Position numbers and translations under genes: made by a program
From: Octopus vulgaris
Taxonomy: Eukaryota
Reading direction: 5' to 3'
Length of the DNA stretch: 64,000 nucleotides
Assembly: GCA_951406725.2 (NCBI GenBank)
Contig: OX597825.1
Coordinates: 15,066,001-15,130,000, forward strand
Part shown: positions 1 through 11,901 of the stretch, in pieces
Layout: each line of letters begins with the position of its first letter
How positions within the stretch are numbered: position 1 is the stretch's first letter
Notes under the pieces: model-generated
The model's input: only the letters and a program-made list of their open reading frames with translations
Databases searched by the model: none
What the model was told of the DNA's origin: nothing

Positions 1-3000
1 CCAATTGCTCAGCAATCAGTTCGTTCTCTTTGAAGTGTGAGAGGAATTTTTTCCTAGATTGATATTGTTTTAGTTTCTCTCAGGTTCAACTGAAAAATTT
101 CAATGTCAGATGATAGGTCAGTCATTTTCTTCTGCGCACACTTCTCAAAGATGTTGGCCTTCTTTTCAATGTTATAAATTGATAAGGTAACTTTAATATC
201 AAGAAGAATAATGCCAGATTTCTAAGTGGAGACCCACAAGTCAATTTGCAATATATTCGAATGGCATTCTAAGTTTTAATACATGTGGAAAAGGAATCAG
301 TTATTGTGTTTTTCTCAATCCGTAAAGCAACCAGTAAAGCAACCATGCAAATAAACAAAGGATTCAAAAATTAGTGGTAATAATGGTAATGATGAGGGAT
401 TTGTTGACCCTAGTCTCCTAATTATTGTGTTGGTTTACTTTAACATCACATTTGACTTAGCATTGAAAAACATTTTAACGTGATCATCCCCCCTGTACCA
501 TATTGTTATATATATATGGATGGAACCACACTGGCCATATGTCATGGGGGTCATGGTGTTTCTATTGCTTATTAAGAGAGTGAAGAGTAGCTTCAATAAC
601 CAATACTTTAGGTCCTCGAGTACTGGTACATATGAATGTGGGGGGAGGGGTTTCGTATATGTGTCCGAGTGTTTTGTGCGTGTGTGTGTGCGTATGTGTG
701 TGTGTTATATCAAAATCATTAGGCTTTGTTGTTTGATACTGATGTTCGATTGTCTTCTGTGATGCTATCTGTGAAGATGCGAACAGTACTCTCTATCAAA
801 ACAACATACCTTGGGCAAGATTCTCTCAAGACATTGGGTAAATCTTAGAGTCATTTAGAATTGCTTTCAGGACTAAACCGGATCGTTTACAGGGCCACAA
901 ATACGAGCACCTTCATTTCCAACCTCAACAACGGGGCTTAATTTCGGCAATCAACATTCATACATTTTGATATCTTCGACCCCGCACAGTTGAAATTACT
1001 TGTGCTGAATACACAATATATCTTCACGTCTAAGAACGTCTACATGGGAAAACTTATCCTAATATTTAATGCATAGAATCTCCAGAAGAAATACGTGAAA
1101 AGGATTCAATATTTAAGCAAATTACCCAGTATCGATGTTTCAGCCACAGCGAGACAGTTCGCTGGAAAAACTGCATTGATATCCATCTGAGTAGATACGA
1201 AGCCTACAATTCATATAGCAACTTTCCGAAGGCTGTCACCGCATTGTCGATATACGATCACTATTCAAATTAAAGGCAAATAGTTGAGGCTACTCCACTC
1301 CCAAGTTAATCAATAAAGAATCACCACTCCCAAGTTAATCAAAGTTGTTTACACATTCAAGTCAGTTCCACAGGATGTACAAATTAGTTATGTATTTCAA
1401 GAGAATTCTAGAGGGGTTCCATTTCTGTAGACCTCATGTTGAGGTCGACATTGTAGCAGGCCTTTGAAAGTTGATTGATATAGGCTTCATGGTAGACAGG
1501 TATTGTAAATGTTGTAGAGAATCATCTCAAACAAATTTTGACTGACATAGCTGTTCAACTTTGACTTTTGCTGGCAATCAGCAAATTTTATTCTTCAATC
1601 CGTAAGATTTTAGAGGACTCAAGAGCGTTGGTTTGATTCATCTGCGAAACGCCGGTGTTCACGCAAAGATGTCTCACGAATAAAGACGCGCGTGTGTAAA
1701 CAAAACAGTAACAGAACAAAAAAAAAAGGAAGAGGAAGAAAACTGATGACTTCTATAAAAACAAGAACCATAAACTGTTGGACATGTTTTGTCAGTGTGA
1801 CTCTCGTGAGACGAAAGTGTTGTCTTGAGAAAGACATGGTGTATGGACAGGGTGTGCGTCATGGAATGGTAGAATGACAGTCAGGAACGAAGTGAAAAAT
1901 AGAGAGAAAGAAAGATTGTAGGAGTGTGTCAAGAGTCAAGATGGTCGAAGTGGAAGTTAAGAAACACTGTAATGAAAGAAAAGAAACAAACAAATTTGTC
2001 ATAATAAAAGATATAGTTGAAGACAAATTCAAAATAATTATGAACGACAAGTAGAACCAGCAAAAGAAAAAGAGAAATTACAAACACAGATAAACTTATT
2101 TAATGCACGCATACTTGTATGTGAGTGTGTTAGTGTGACTTTTCATACGTTTTTGTTTAAGTGTATTGACAGAAATCCTGTTGTTTCGTCTCGACCATCT
2201 ATGAACTGTAACTAATGAAACAGCTGAGCACAGCGTTATAAGGTAACCGCTGTAATGCGAAATTATAATTAAGTCGAGTGGGAGAATTGGCTGCAGTAAA
2301 TTTCATGAACTTATCATTCTTGAAATCGCGTTCTCTTGATAAAGACCTCTGTGGCATTCATTGTTTGATCTTTCAACTTAATATCATGATCTTCTAACTT
2401 GAAATCGTCTGTTATAGAAATTATGTAAATACACGTGTACTTACAAAGAAAGTTAGATAGTAGAACGCACAAATGTGTAACATCACATACATCCTACATA
2501 AACACACTGGCACAATAAAATGATATACATAGCGAAAGATATTGGAAAGACACACAATGCGTTATGGAGAAACACAAGAATATATATATATATGTGCATT
2601 TCACACATCCATTTACACAGTCAAGCATGAGAACTCTCTCGTACAGATACTAACTCTGTACAAACCAAAGTTAAAACAACAAATTCTAAAGTTGCTTCTC
2701 TCTTCAATTTACAAACAAATTTCAATCCAAAATGTACGGCTGAACAAAAATATTTTAAAAACTGACAGAGAAATTAAAATTGGAAACTTATTTCATTAAA
2801 AAGAAAAATCATTTAAAAAAAATTATATTAAACATTCAAGATTATTTAGAATTTTGATTCAAGTCCAAATTTCAATTTCGATTTGTTTCATTTTTCATTT
2901 ATTTGTTTTTTCTTTTATTCGGTTGTTTTTATAGCAATACCATTTGCTCTTCCCAACCAAATCCTGTTTACGAAAATATCACGGTTTTATTAATGCGAAA

Positions 3001-6000
3001 TTTCAAACCAAAAACTCCAGAAAAAAATGTGCAAACAAAAAAATTAAACTAAAATACGCAATACCGATCGAAACGGTACGTAGCATATTTTTATAATTTG
3101 TATATTTATTTTTTCTGTGTTATATCTGCATGTTATCATTGAAATATTCAATCATGCGCAAATAAAACTTTCAAGACTATGAAATTTTACATCTAAATAT
3201 TTTTATGACTAAATTACCAGTTGAATGCCTTCATACACTGGACTGGCAAGAAGGATTTTTCACACTGTGATGACATATACAATTTTCATGTGTTCTTCGC
3301 AGTTTTCTATTTGCCAGATAAAATCTTCCAGGCCATTAAACATCTGAAATAAGAATTCAACTGAATCTTTTGCTTTTGATTCAAATGTTTGTGTCTATGG
3401 AAGCTGAAGTTGGGAAAATAGCACGTCGTCATAAGAAATCATAGACAGCTGAAGATCGTGATTTCTTGTTTTCTCCATGGCGCCAGTGGGAAAGATATAA
3501 AATGTGAACTCATGGAAACAGATTCTTTAGTACGCCGTAATAATATTATTTTCAATAATGTTCCGCTCATAAACGAAACGATGAAATACATGTTTAACTG
3601 TCCCAAAATAATTAATATCTGCATGGTACCTGTATATTTTATATCACAGCTCAACTAGAATTCGAAAATGTAGATGCTAGGAAATGTAATAAAACTTTGA
3701 ATAGTTCGAACGACAGTGAAGTTTAGTCTGTAGTTTTTGCCTATGAAAGAAATGGTTCCTATTGTTGTTGTTTTTCTTTTGTTGAATTTTTCCTTCAGTA
3801 ACATCAAACACAGCCACATGCCATTGAGGCATATTATCTCGTTGTCGGAATCAGCGTCAGGTGAGCTCTGGATGTTCCCGCCCGAGATTACAAGACATTC
3901 TAACTGAACATTCCAGCTTTAATGTCAGACAGTGTCAGACAGCGTATCCAGTATTACATTAGGTGATATACCTATCTCTCCAATTAAGACTATACTGTAT
4001 CATTTTATAGAAACCTTGTTGTTATGTACAGTAGGCAGCCACAGTGAGAGCTATGTAGTTTATTTGAGTAATTGCATATCATTTATATAACTGGTGGCTA
4101 GGTCTCCGCACTGAATGTGTATTAGTATTTTGTAAAGAGACTCTAATACTTTTCTAGAAGTTTACAGATATAGATTATCCTAAGTATTCAATCCTACATA
4201 ATTTGAATGGGAGCATATGTGAGTTTATATTTAATGCTGTAATTACTATGTAGAACATCCTTATAATCACCCTCTAAAAAAATTCCCGTAATTCTAAATC
4301 CTTGTATTTCATTTCTTTGCTTTCTAACCTATGCTCTTCTAAATCATTCCTAATTACTTATTTTGTGAATTTTACCTGCAAAATTACTCAGCCATTTACG
4401 CTGGGAATTTCCTATTCAAATGTGATATTTAGCAAGGGCTTACGAATGTGACATCACTCAAAAGCAGTTACTGGACAATGTCTCTGGATTTTCAGATTTG
4501 CTGTGTATCATTTCTATGTGTACTGAACATATCATATTGCTTGCTCATCTACTTCATTATTTCATTGGCACATTCAATCAAATATGACTGCTTATTGAGA
4601 ATAAACCGTTGTGAATTGTTAACGAGCTCTCGATTAAATTCAATTTGTTCCACGAATTTACTTTTATCCGTTTCAGGTGGCTGTAGAAGAATATCGCTCA
4701 CTTGATGTCTCATATCTCTTATTTCCTTTCATTGTGTCTAAGATAAGAAGACATGATTTCCAGTTTGTCAGTGCTTCTTGTAATATCTAACTTAATAGTT
4801 ACATTGACTTTTGTAAATTTATCACCAACCATACACATATATTTCTCCCATCAATTTACATCGTGTTACTGGTTGAAGACAAAATATTCTATTAACTTAT
4901 TTTGCTCATAACAGTTGGTATCTGAATGCATCGTAAACTTCTTGCCAACAAAAGACTGCCTCACCTTTGAACAAACTCTAGCAAAGAAATTCACTTGTCT
5001 TTTTCTCCTTCACTTTTGAAATCTTGCAATTATATGGATGATCATTATGTTACATATTGCTAGATTGTATATTAATTTCTAATTTCAAGCCCAAGCTACA
5101 AAATTTTATTCACAGTATATAAACAAGTAATATTTATGTAGTTGTGGACCTCACTCCCGTATTTACGCTATCGTTTTTGCTTATGGATTTTTTCCTATTG
5201 CTGTCTGTCGGTAACGTTATTAAATAATGGTCGACATGTTGTGAGCAAATGCATACTTATAAACCATTTCTAACTAGAAGTCTATCAGAACCTCTCCACC
5301 TAGACTTTCTAGTTTGGTAGTTTCGTTATTTCTTTCACTATTAACCGTTTGCAACGTAAGTGTAGTCTTATTTATTATCCACGTAACCGCTGCATCCACT
5401 TTACGTGAATGTGTTAGTTCAAATGTTTGCCCAGTATGTTTTGATGTTCTTCCCTGCAGTTCAGTCACTGATATAAATCCTTTTCATTTTCTCTAAGCCT
5501 TCAGTTTTCTGTTTATATTATTTGATCTACAGTGTGTGTATCTATTAAATTCCCCAATATCGTATTGATTATATGTTATATTTATTTTCTTACAATCTGT
5601 AGATCTTCTCAGCTTGAATTATATTTCCTTTGTAATGATTAAGTTTATTTCCCTGCAGGCTTCAACGTACAGAATTTTAAGCCGAACATCGATTGTATCG
5701 ATCTCACAAGTAAAAGAGGGAACACAAAGGAACTGCCCGATCTAAACAATATCAACATGCAGCCCTTTCATTCTTTGTTTCCACTATAGTTCTCTTTATT
5801 TTCACTTTGTATTACACTGAATATGTAATATTTCAGTGAAGAATGATCTCTCTATGATATCACAGATTATAAGTATAATTAATAAAATGCCTGAATATAC
5901 ATTTCAGCACATCATTAAATTTCAAAGCTGGAAAATTTAATCTGCCACGCTTAATTCCATTTAATATGGTAATCATTCTCATTATCTCTAGTAGGTACCT

Positions 6001-6019
6001 CTTCTTTTACATAACATAC

Positions 6020-6133
6020 GCTCTCCTTCCTCGTCTTCTTCTTCTTCAACTTCTTCTACTCCTTCTTCTTCTTCTACCCCGTCTTCTTCGTCTACTCCTT
6101 CTTCTTCTTCTTCTTATTATTATTATTATTAGT
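6020..6133. repeat. Compound (CTT)n/(TAT)n microsatellite
   Basis: Degenerate ctt/cttcta repeats run into tat repeats; source of the poly-Leu/Ile ORF 5966..6157. Confidence 0.9.
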
Positions 6134-6355
6134 AGAGACGCATGGCTCAGTGGTTAGAGCCTTGCGCTTACGATGGTGAGGTTGTGAGTTTGATTCCCGG
6201 ACCGGGGTACGTGTTGTGTTCTTGAGCAAGACACTTTATTTCACGCTGCTCCAGTTCACTCAGCTGTAGAAATGAGTTGCAGCGTCACTGGTACCAAGGT
6301 GCATCGGCCCCTTTGCCTAGAAGGGAAATTTTCTAGGTGCAATCCCACGGTCCAT
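6134..6355 (+). mobile_element. tRNA-derived SINE, family B (CORE-like body), internally deleted
   Basis: A-box tggctcagtggttagagc, B-box gagtttgattccc, CORE-like gtgttcttgagcaagacacttt; homologous to 51003..51310 and 13156..13382. Confidence 0.85.
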
Positions 6356-6379
6356 ATCCTCATTGTCCGCATCATATTC

Positions 6380-6388
6380 AACATCATC

Positions 6389-6421
<33 letters not shown>

Positions 6422-6480
6422 GTTATCATCGCCATTATCGTCATCAAACTCGTCATTGACATCCTTGTTGTCGTCATTGT
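6380..6480. repeat. Degenerate (CAT)n microsatellite
   Basis: catcatcat tract; source of the poly-D, poly-M and poly-I ORFs. Confidence 0.9.
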
Positions 6481-6582
6481 TCTTCTCTACTCTAGGCACA
6501 AGGCCCGAAATCAAGGTGGGGGGCCCAGTCGATTAGATCGACCTCCGTAGGCAACTGGTACTTAATTTATCGACCCCGAATG
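6481..6582 (-). mobile_element. SINE family A 3' fragment (tail variant 2)
   Basis: Reverse complement reads ggggtcgataaattaagtaccag...gggccttgtgcctagagtaga, as in 40320..40515. Confidence 0.8.
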
Positions 6583-6741
6583 AATGATACTCGTCTGTAT
6601 TATTATTACTCTTACTCTATGAACATTAAAATTTGAGTTGTTTGATGTAGTATTATAAGGAAAGGATTCTACATAAATACATGCAGAAATTATAATATTA
6701 TTATCTTGTTTAACTTATTAACATACGTTGTGATTACGCGT

Positions 6742-7047
6742 GGAGACGCAATGGCCCAGTGGTTAGGGCAACGGACTCGCGGTCGGAGGATCGCGGTTTC
6801 GATTCCCAGATATTTGCGTGTGTTTATTGAGCGAAAACACCTAAAGCTCCACGAGGCACCGGCAGGGGTGGTGGCGACCCCTGTTGTACTCTTTCACCAC
6901 ACCTTTCTCCCACTCTCTCTTCCTGTTTCTTGAGTAACGCTGCGATGGACTGACGCCCCGTCCAGCTGGGAGGAACACATACGCCACAGAAACCTGGAAA
7001 TCGGGTCCATGAGCCTGGCTAGGTTTGAAAAGGTCGCGAAGAAGAAG
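6742..7047 (+). mobile_element. tRNA-derived SINE, family D (V-domain-like ctgcgatggactg...cgtccag)
   Basis: tRNA-like head tggcccagtggttagggc...ggtttcgattccc; related to 17867..18165 and 24296..24480. Confidence 0.85.
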
Positions 7048-7625
7048 TTGTGATTATGTATTTGCCAGTATGCGATCTTTTTCGACCCTGAGTATCTATA
7101 ATTGTAGGGATTTGATACTATTTCAAGACCCTCAATGGTGTTATCTGTATTTCCTGGTTTTTATATTTGTGTAACCTCTTTATTCCTTTAGAGCATATAT
7201 TATCAGGTGTTTGAACACAGTTCCGAGGAGGCAATGAATCTGCCAAACCCAAAATAACAAATGCTTCACAAGCGGCCATAAATATCTTAAAGTTTTTCCA
7301 ATGTGGTCAACGTAAAATTTAGATACAGTTGCAAAAGTAAACATTATCTCGATATTCAGTGATGAAATACAATATATCGTAAAAGAAATAAATACAGACA
7401 ATTTACAGGTAAACAAATACATTTGCTAGGCAGAAATCCAATGAGTGGTGAAAGGGAAATATTTGAAGAAAAATGCAATTGATGGGGAAACGTTACTATG
7501 AAAGGCTACAGATATATCGGCAAAAGAAGTGGAATGCTCAAAGCCAGGGCCTTATAATACATACAGCAATTCTATAAAATAAAGCAGAGAAAGTCAATGT
7601 TTTACTGGAAATATGAGGGTCGTAA

Positions 7626-7858
7626 AGGCGGCGAGCTGGCAGAATCGTTAGTACGCCGGGTGAAATGCGTAGCCGTATTTCGTCTGCCGTTACGGTCTGA
7701 ATTCAAATTCCACCGAGGTCGGTTATGCCTTTCATCCTTTCGGGGTCGATACATTAAGTACCAGTCACGCACTGGGGTCGATGTAATCGACTTAATCTTT
7801 TTGTCAGTTCTTGTTTGTCTCCTCTGTGTTTAGCCCCTTGTGGGTAGTAAAGAAATAG
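7626..7858 (+). mobile_element. Full-length SINE family A with target-site duplication (TSD)
   Basis: ggcggcgagctggcagaa...gcctttcatcctttcggggtcgat...gtaaagaaatag; TSD atatgagggtcgta at 7611-7624 and 7859-7872. Confidence 0.93.
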
Positions 7859-8634
7859 ATATGAGGGTCGTATAAACTATACTGGGAAATATAATCTTGA
7901 CAATAACAGTATACCGCACTCTTTCGGTAAATGCATATTTTTTGAAATAGGGTATTGATTGAAACATGTTTAAAATTCGATGAGGCATCAGACACTGTAT
8001 TATAACTTTGTAAGTATATGTCTTCTCGTTTCCGTCCGACCATTACGCAGATGAAATTGCTACACAATTATTTCAACGCAGCGAAAATAACCACTTATTC
8101 AAAGAGGTACTTAACAAATTCATTCTCTGCAACACAGAAGATTATCAAATAAAATCAACAATCATGGTCACTATTAAAAACATATACACTGTGACAATAT
8201 AAAATGACTTGGAGTTATAAAGAATATATCTGGAACATTCATAATATATGAATAATGCAATTAAACATAAGAATACATCGCGAAAATTAATTAGAAAACA
8301 TTCAATTGTTCCACAGCTTTCTATCAGAAAGAAGCAATAACAATGCCATACATACATTATATTGTATAATTCCTTCAATAAACTTACAACCAGTTGAATG
8401 TCTCTAGTAGTCATACAGCGACCACAACAGACTACAATATAGACGAAACATAGACTAGAAAATAGACGAATAAAGAACTGATTACTCGTCGTCATTTATT
8501 TTACACAGAGCTCATACTTCACAAGACAAATATATTAGAACCATCGAAGAATATATGGTGACCTGATGGATAAAGTTTCACACTGTAGCATGAATCATCT
8601 GTCATATGTGTGTGTGCGTTTGTTTATGTCTGTA

Positions 8635-8841
8635 GGTGCATGGGTTAGTGGTTAGGGTGTCAGCATCATGATCGTAAGATTGTGGTTTCGATTCCTGGAC
8701 CGGGCGACGCGTTGTGTTCCTGAGGAAAACACTTCCTTTCACGTTGCTCCAGTCCACTCAGCTGGCAAAAATTAGTAACGCTGCGATGGACTGCCGTCTC
8801 GTCCAGCTGCCGAACATATATGTTAGGCATTAAAAGGGCGC
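8635..8841 (+). mobile_element. Chimeric SINE: family B head and core joined to family D tail
   Basis: gttgctccagtccactcagctg (B-like) runs into agtaacgctgcgatggactg...aaaagggcgc (D-like). Confidence 0.7.
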
Positions 8842-8849
8842 ATTGTTTG

Positions 8850-8891
<42 letters not shown>

Positions 8892-8897
8892 ATGTAT

Positions 8898-9110
8898 ACT
8901 CTCTCTCTTTTACTTGTTTCACTAATTTGACCTCGGCCATGCTGGAACACCGCCTTTAGTCGAACAAATCGACCCCAGGACTTATTCTTTGTAAGCCTAG
9001 TACTTATTCTATCGGTTTCTTTTGCCGAACCGCTAGGTTACGCGGCCGTAAACACACCAGCATCTGTTGTCAAGCGATGTTGGGAGGACAAACACCGACA
9101 CACAAACACC
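8898..9110 (-). mobile_element. SINE family C 3' half
   Basis: Reverse complement matches the 3' part of 55322..55732 (gcggttcggcaaaag...aaacaagtaaaagag). Confidence 0.9.
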
Positions 9111-9128
9111 CACACCCATCCCCCCCCC

Positions 9129-9169
<41 letters not shown>

Positions 9170-9291
9170 ATGTCGCACGTTCGGATACCTCTACTACTCT
9201 GTTTCTTTATTAGCCACAAGGGCCCAAACATAAAGGGGAACAAACAAAGAGAGACAGGACACCACAGAGAGGACAATACATAGAACGAATA

Positions 9292-9451
9292 AGGCGGCGA
9301 TCTAGCAGAAACCTTAGCACGCCAGGCGAAATGCGTAGCCGTATTTCGTCTGCCGTTACGTTCTGAGTTCAAATTCCGGCGAGGTCGACTTTGACCTTCA
9401 TCCTTTCATCCTCTCTGTGTTTAGCCCCTTTGAAGGTAGTAAAGAAATAGA
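9292..9451 (+). mobile_element. SINE family A (internally deleted) with 17-bp TSD
   Basis: TSD aatacatagaacgaata at 9275-9291 and 9452-9468. Confidence 0.92.
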
Positions 9452-9575
9452 AATACATAGAACGAATATGATGAGATCATTATATAATAATGGGGTTATG
9501 AATGGCTGCATGCGCCACGTATCACGTCACATGCATCACCATTAATATTTTTAAACTGTCCGTTTTTATCATATA

Positions 9576-9947
9576 CTAGCAGTATCGCCCGGCGTTGCTC
9601 AGGTTTGTAAGGGAAATAACTATAAAGCATTTTTAGAGAGTTATAGCCAAAAAATAGAAAAAAAATGATGGTAAATTTTTTTTCAGAGTTAAAAAAGGTG
9701 GAGTTGCGTCCCCTAGACGGTCTGTGGTTTGGGTTTCTGATTCTCGACCCCATGTCGAATTTATCGATTTTTTCAGAACTGGGGGAACTTTTCAAAATTT
9801 TCGCCGCGTTAGTTTTGAATTATGACATTGGGCTATGTGTGTGTCAAGTTTCATCAGAATCGGTTGAAAGCCGTGGTCAGGGTGAGGGTACGAGAAAACA
9901 GACACACAGAAAACGCACAGACAAACTGCCGTTTATATAGAGAGAGA
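9576..9947 (-). mobile_element. Non-autonomous Helitron
   Basis: Minus strand begins TC (tctctctatataaacggcag) and ends CTAG after a GC-rich stem (cctgagcaacgccggg); inserted between A and T with no TSD. Confidence 0.88.
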
Positions 9948-10120
9948 TTTAACTAACAATGAATTATCGTCTACCATTACAATTATTTGAAACCTTATAT
10001 GTTCTCTAAAAATGTTCTTCTATTTTCCGATATTATTAAACATAACATAAAACACTTACTCTTTCTTTTTTTCCCTTTTTCTTTTATTTTTTCTTGTCGC
10101 TTTCACATACTTATTTATTT

Positions 10121-11450
10121 TTAGTAATATTTCATTAGTGGTTCGATTTATACTAAATTCACTTCTGGTGGCAATTCTTTGAATTCCACACCCTTATTCC
10201 TGATGGGTCGATATTATCTCCACACATTTCTTGTAGTCTTTTATAACTTTCCTTTTCAATTACTATCGCCTTCATATCCTCTGCATATATGTATGCTGGT
10301 ATCTTTACCCTGCTTCAATATTCTTCGTGTAGGTTACGTAATACCATACACCGTCTCCTTTATTTTGGCTTTTCTGTTCTCTCTTTTCCTCCTCCACTCT
10401 AAACACTCTTTCCAATTCTTCTTCGGCCAGCTGAATTTCCGAATCCTTTTCTACCGGAGCAACTGGTATTTTTAATAGTAGCTCCATTTTCTTTTTACTT
10501 TCGTTCTCGGCCTTTTGTCCTCCTTTCTGCTGACCTCCTTCACGGTTTCTTTTCTCATATCTTCTCTCTTCGTTTTTCTGGCGGAGAACCATTCCCTCCA
10601 CTCCTCCTTCTCTTTTTCTTTTACAATAGTCATATCATCATCAGATTCCTTTGTCTCAACCTGTTCCTACCTGGCCCTCGCTCTCTTGTATTCCCACCTG
10701 CTCTGCTTGTTGCGTTTTTCTGGGTGCATCATGGCTTCGTCTGGCCTTTCTCACCACATCCAAAACATACAGACGGCCTGCCCTCCACCTTCATTCTCAT
10801 TGCAAAGCCGTCAGACAAAACTATCTCCTCGGGCACTCCTATTTAAATCGTCCACTGTGCCTGGATAGTGAGCTCTATCCCATAGCCCCAGTAGTCGAGC
10901 TTGTTGGTTCTAGTGGCCTTTAATATTTTTGCTCCGTCCTTCATATTATACATTATGGCTGTCATGAGCCATGCCTCTTCCAGTTCAGGGGGTACTTGGG
11001 CTACTCGTACTCTGGCCACACGTTTTCCGCAATAAGACGGCAAGAGTACCCACTCCTCCGATCGTATTGCCTCTGTATCATACTTTATTCCCTCTCCTTT
11101 TGACGTGAAGTGCACATCTACGGTGGCATACCTCCTTCCTCTTGTACTAAAACTTGTTAGCTTTTTAATATTTTCCAAAACATTTTCTAACTCCTCCACT
11201 GTCGCATCTCTATTTTCCTTGTAGCAATTCTCATAGTCTTATAGGTAACTGTTCTCTTCATTATGCTGTTTGTCAGCTCTGCGAGTGACGTCAACTTCAA
11301 CGTCTCACCCTGCTTCCCCAGTAGCTTTTCGCATGCTTTCATTTTTTGGGGGTTCGACTTTGATTTCAAAAGGCTCCAACGTTCTTTCTTCTGCTCCCTT
11401 TACAGTTGCGGCCGCATATTGTGGCCGCCCGCTGGCGCCTTATACATTTT
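10121..11450 (-). pseudogene. Decayed LINE ORF1/Gag-like protein (degenerate CCHC knuckle, K/E-rich region)
   Basis: Frameshifted pieces: RPQYAAATV...; ORFs 11187..11369 and 10843..11199; then VPEEIVLSDGFAMRMKVEGRPSVCFGCGEKGQTKP*C; C-terminus VEFKELPPEVNLV*IEPLMKYY*. Confidence 0.8.
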
Positions 11451-11901
11451 TCCTCAATGGGAAAATTTAACACAATAAAATTTTAACAATATTAACAAAC
11501 AACAATAACGTACAATCAATTAACTCTCTACTCAACTTCAAAAATATCACCTGTTACTCCGCTCTACTCTCGACACGTTTCTTTATTTTTCACCCTGGCC
11601 ACTAACACAGAGGGGGACACTAAAAGGACAAACACAACACCACAGTGGGGACAATAAGCATAAAACGAATGAGGCTGAATATTATATAATAATGGAAAAT
11701 GAAATGGCTGCATGGGCCCCACTCCTCATGCAGTATCATTTGAACGTTTGTACACACTATATAACAAACGTGTTATTTTGTGTGTTGTGTTTTTTTCTGA
11801 ATTATCATTTTGTTTCCTCTTTTTCCTTCAAAGCAATTTTTCATTTCCTTTTTCCTTTTAAAAAAAAAACAAAGTAATTTTACTTACTGTTTTTTTCCTT
11901 T

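Larger units (their letters stand above)
9201..11576 (-). mobile_element. ORF1-only non-LTR retroelement, copy 1 (SINE and Helitron nested in its 3' UTR)
   Basis: Decayed ORF1 followed directly by a 3' UTR homologous to that of copy 2 (catgcagccatt...ccattattatataat...tgtggtgt...aataaagaaac); no RT/EN ORF seen. Confidence 0.75.

Noticed and set aside
1295-1342. Direct repeat ccactcccaagttaatcaa x2
   Set aside because: Simple local duplication with no further structure.
5000-5750. Possible decayed L1/Tx1 RT C-terminal region on the minus strand (LGGEVLIDF resembles GGLGLxDF)
   Set aside because: Only one weak motif among many stops; not supportable without a search.
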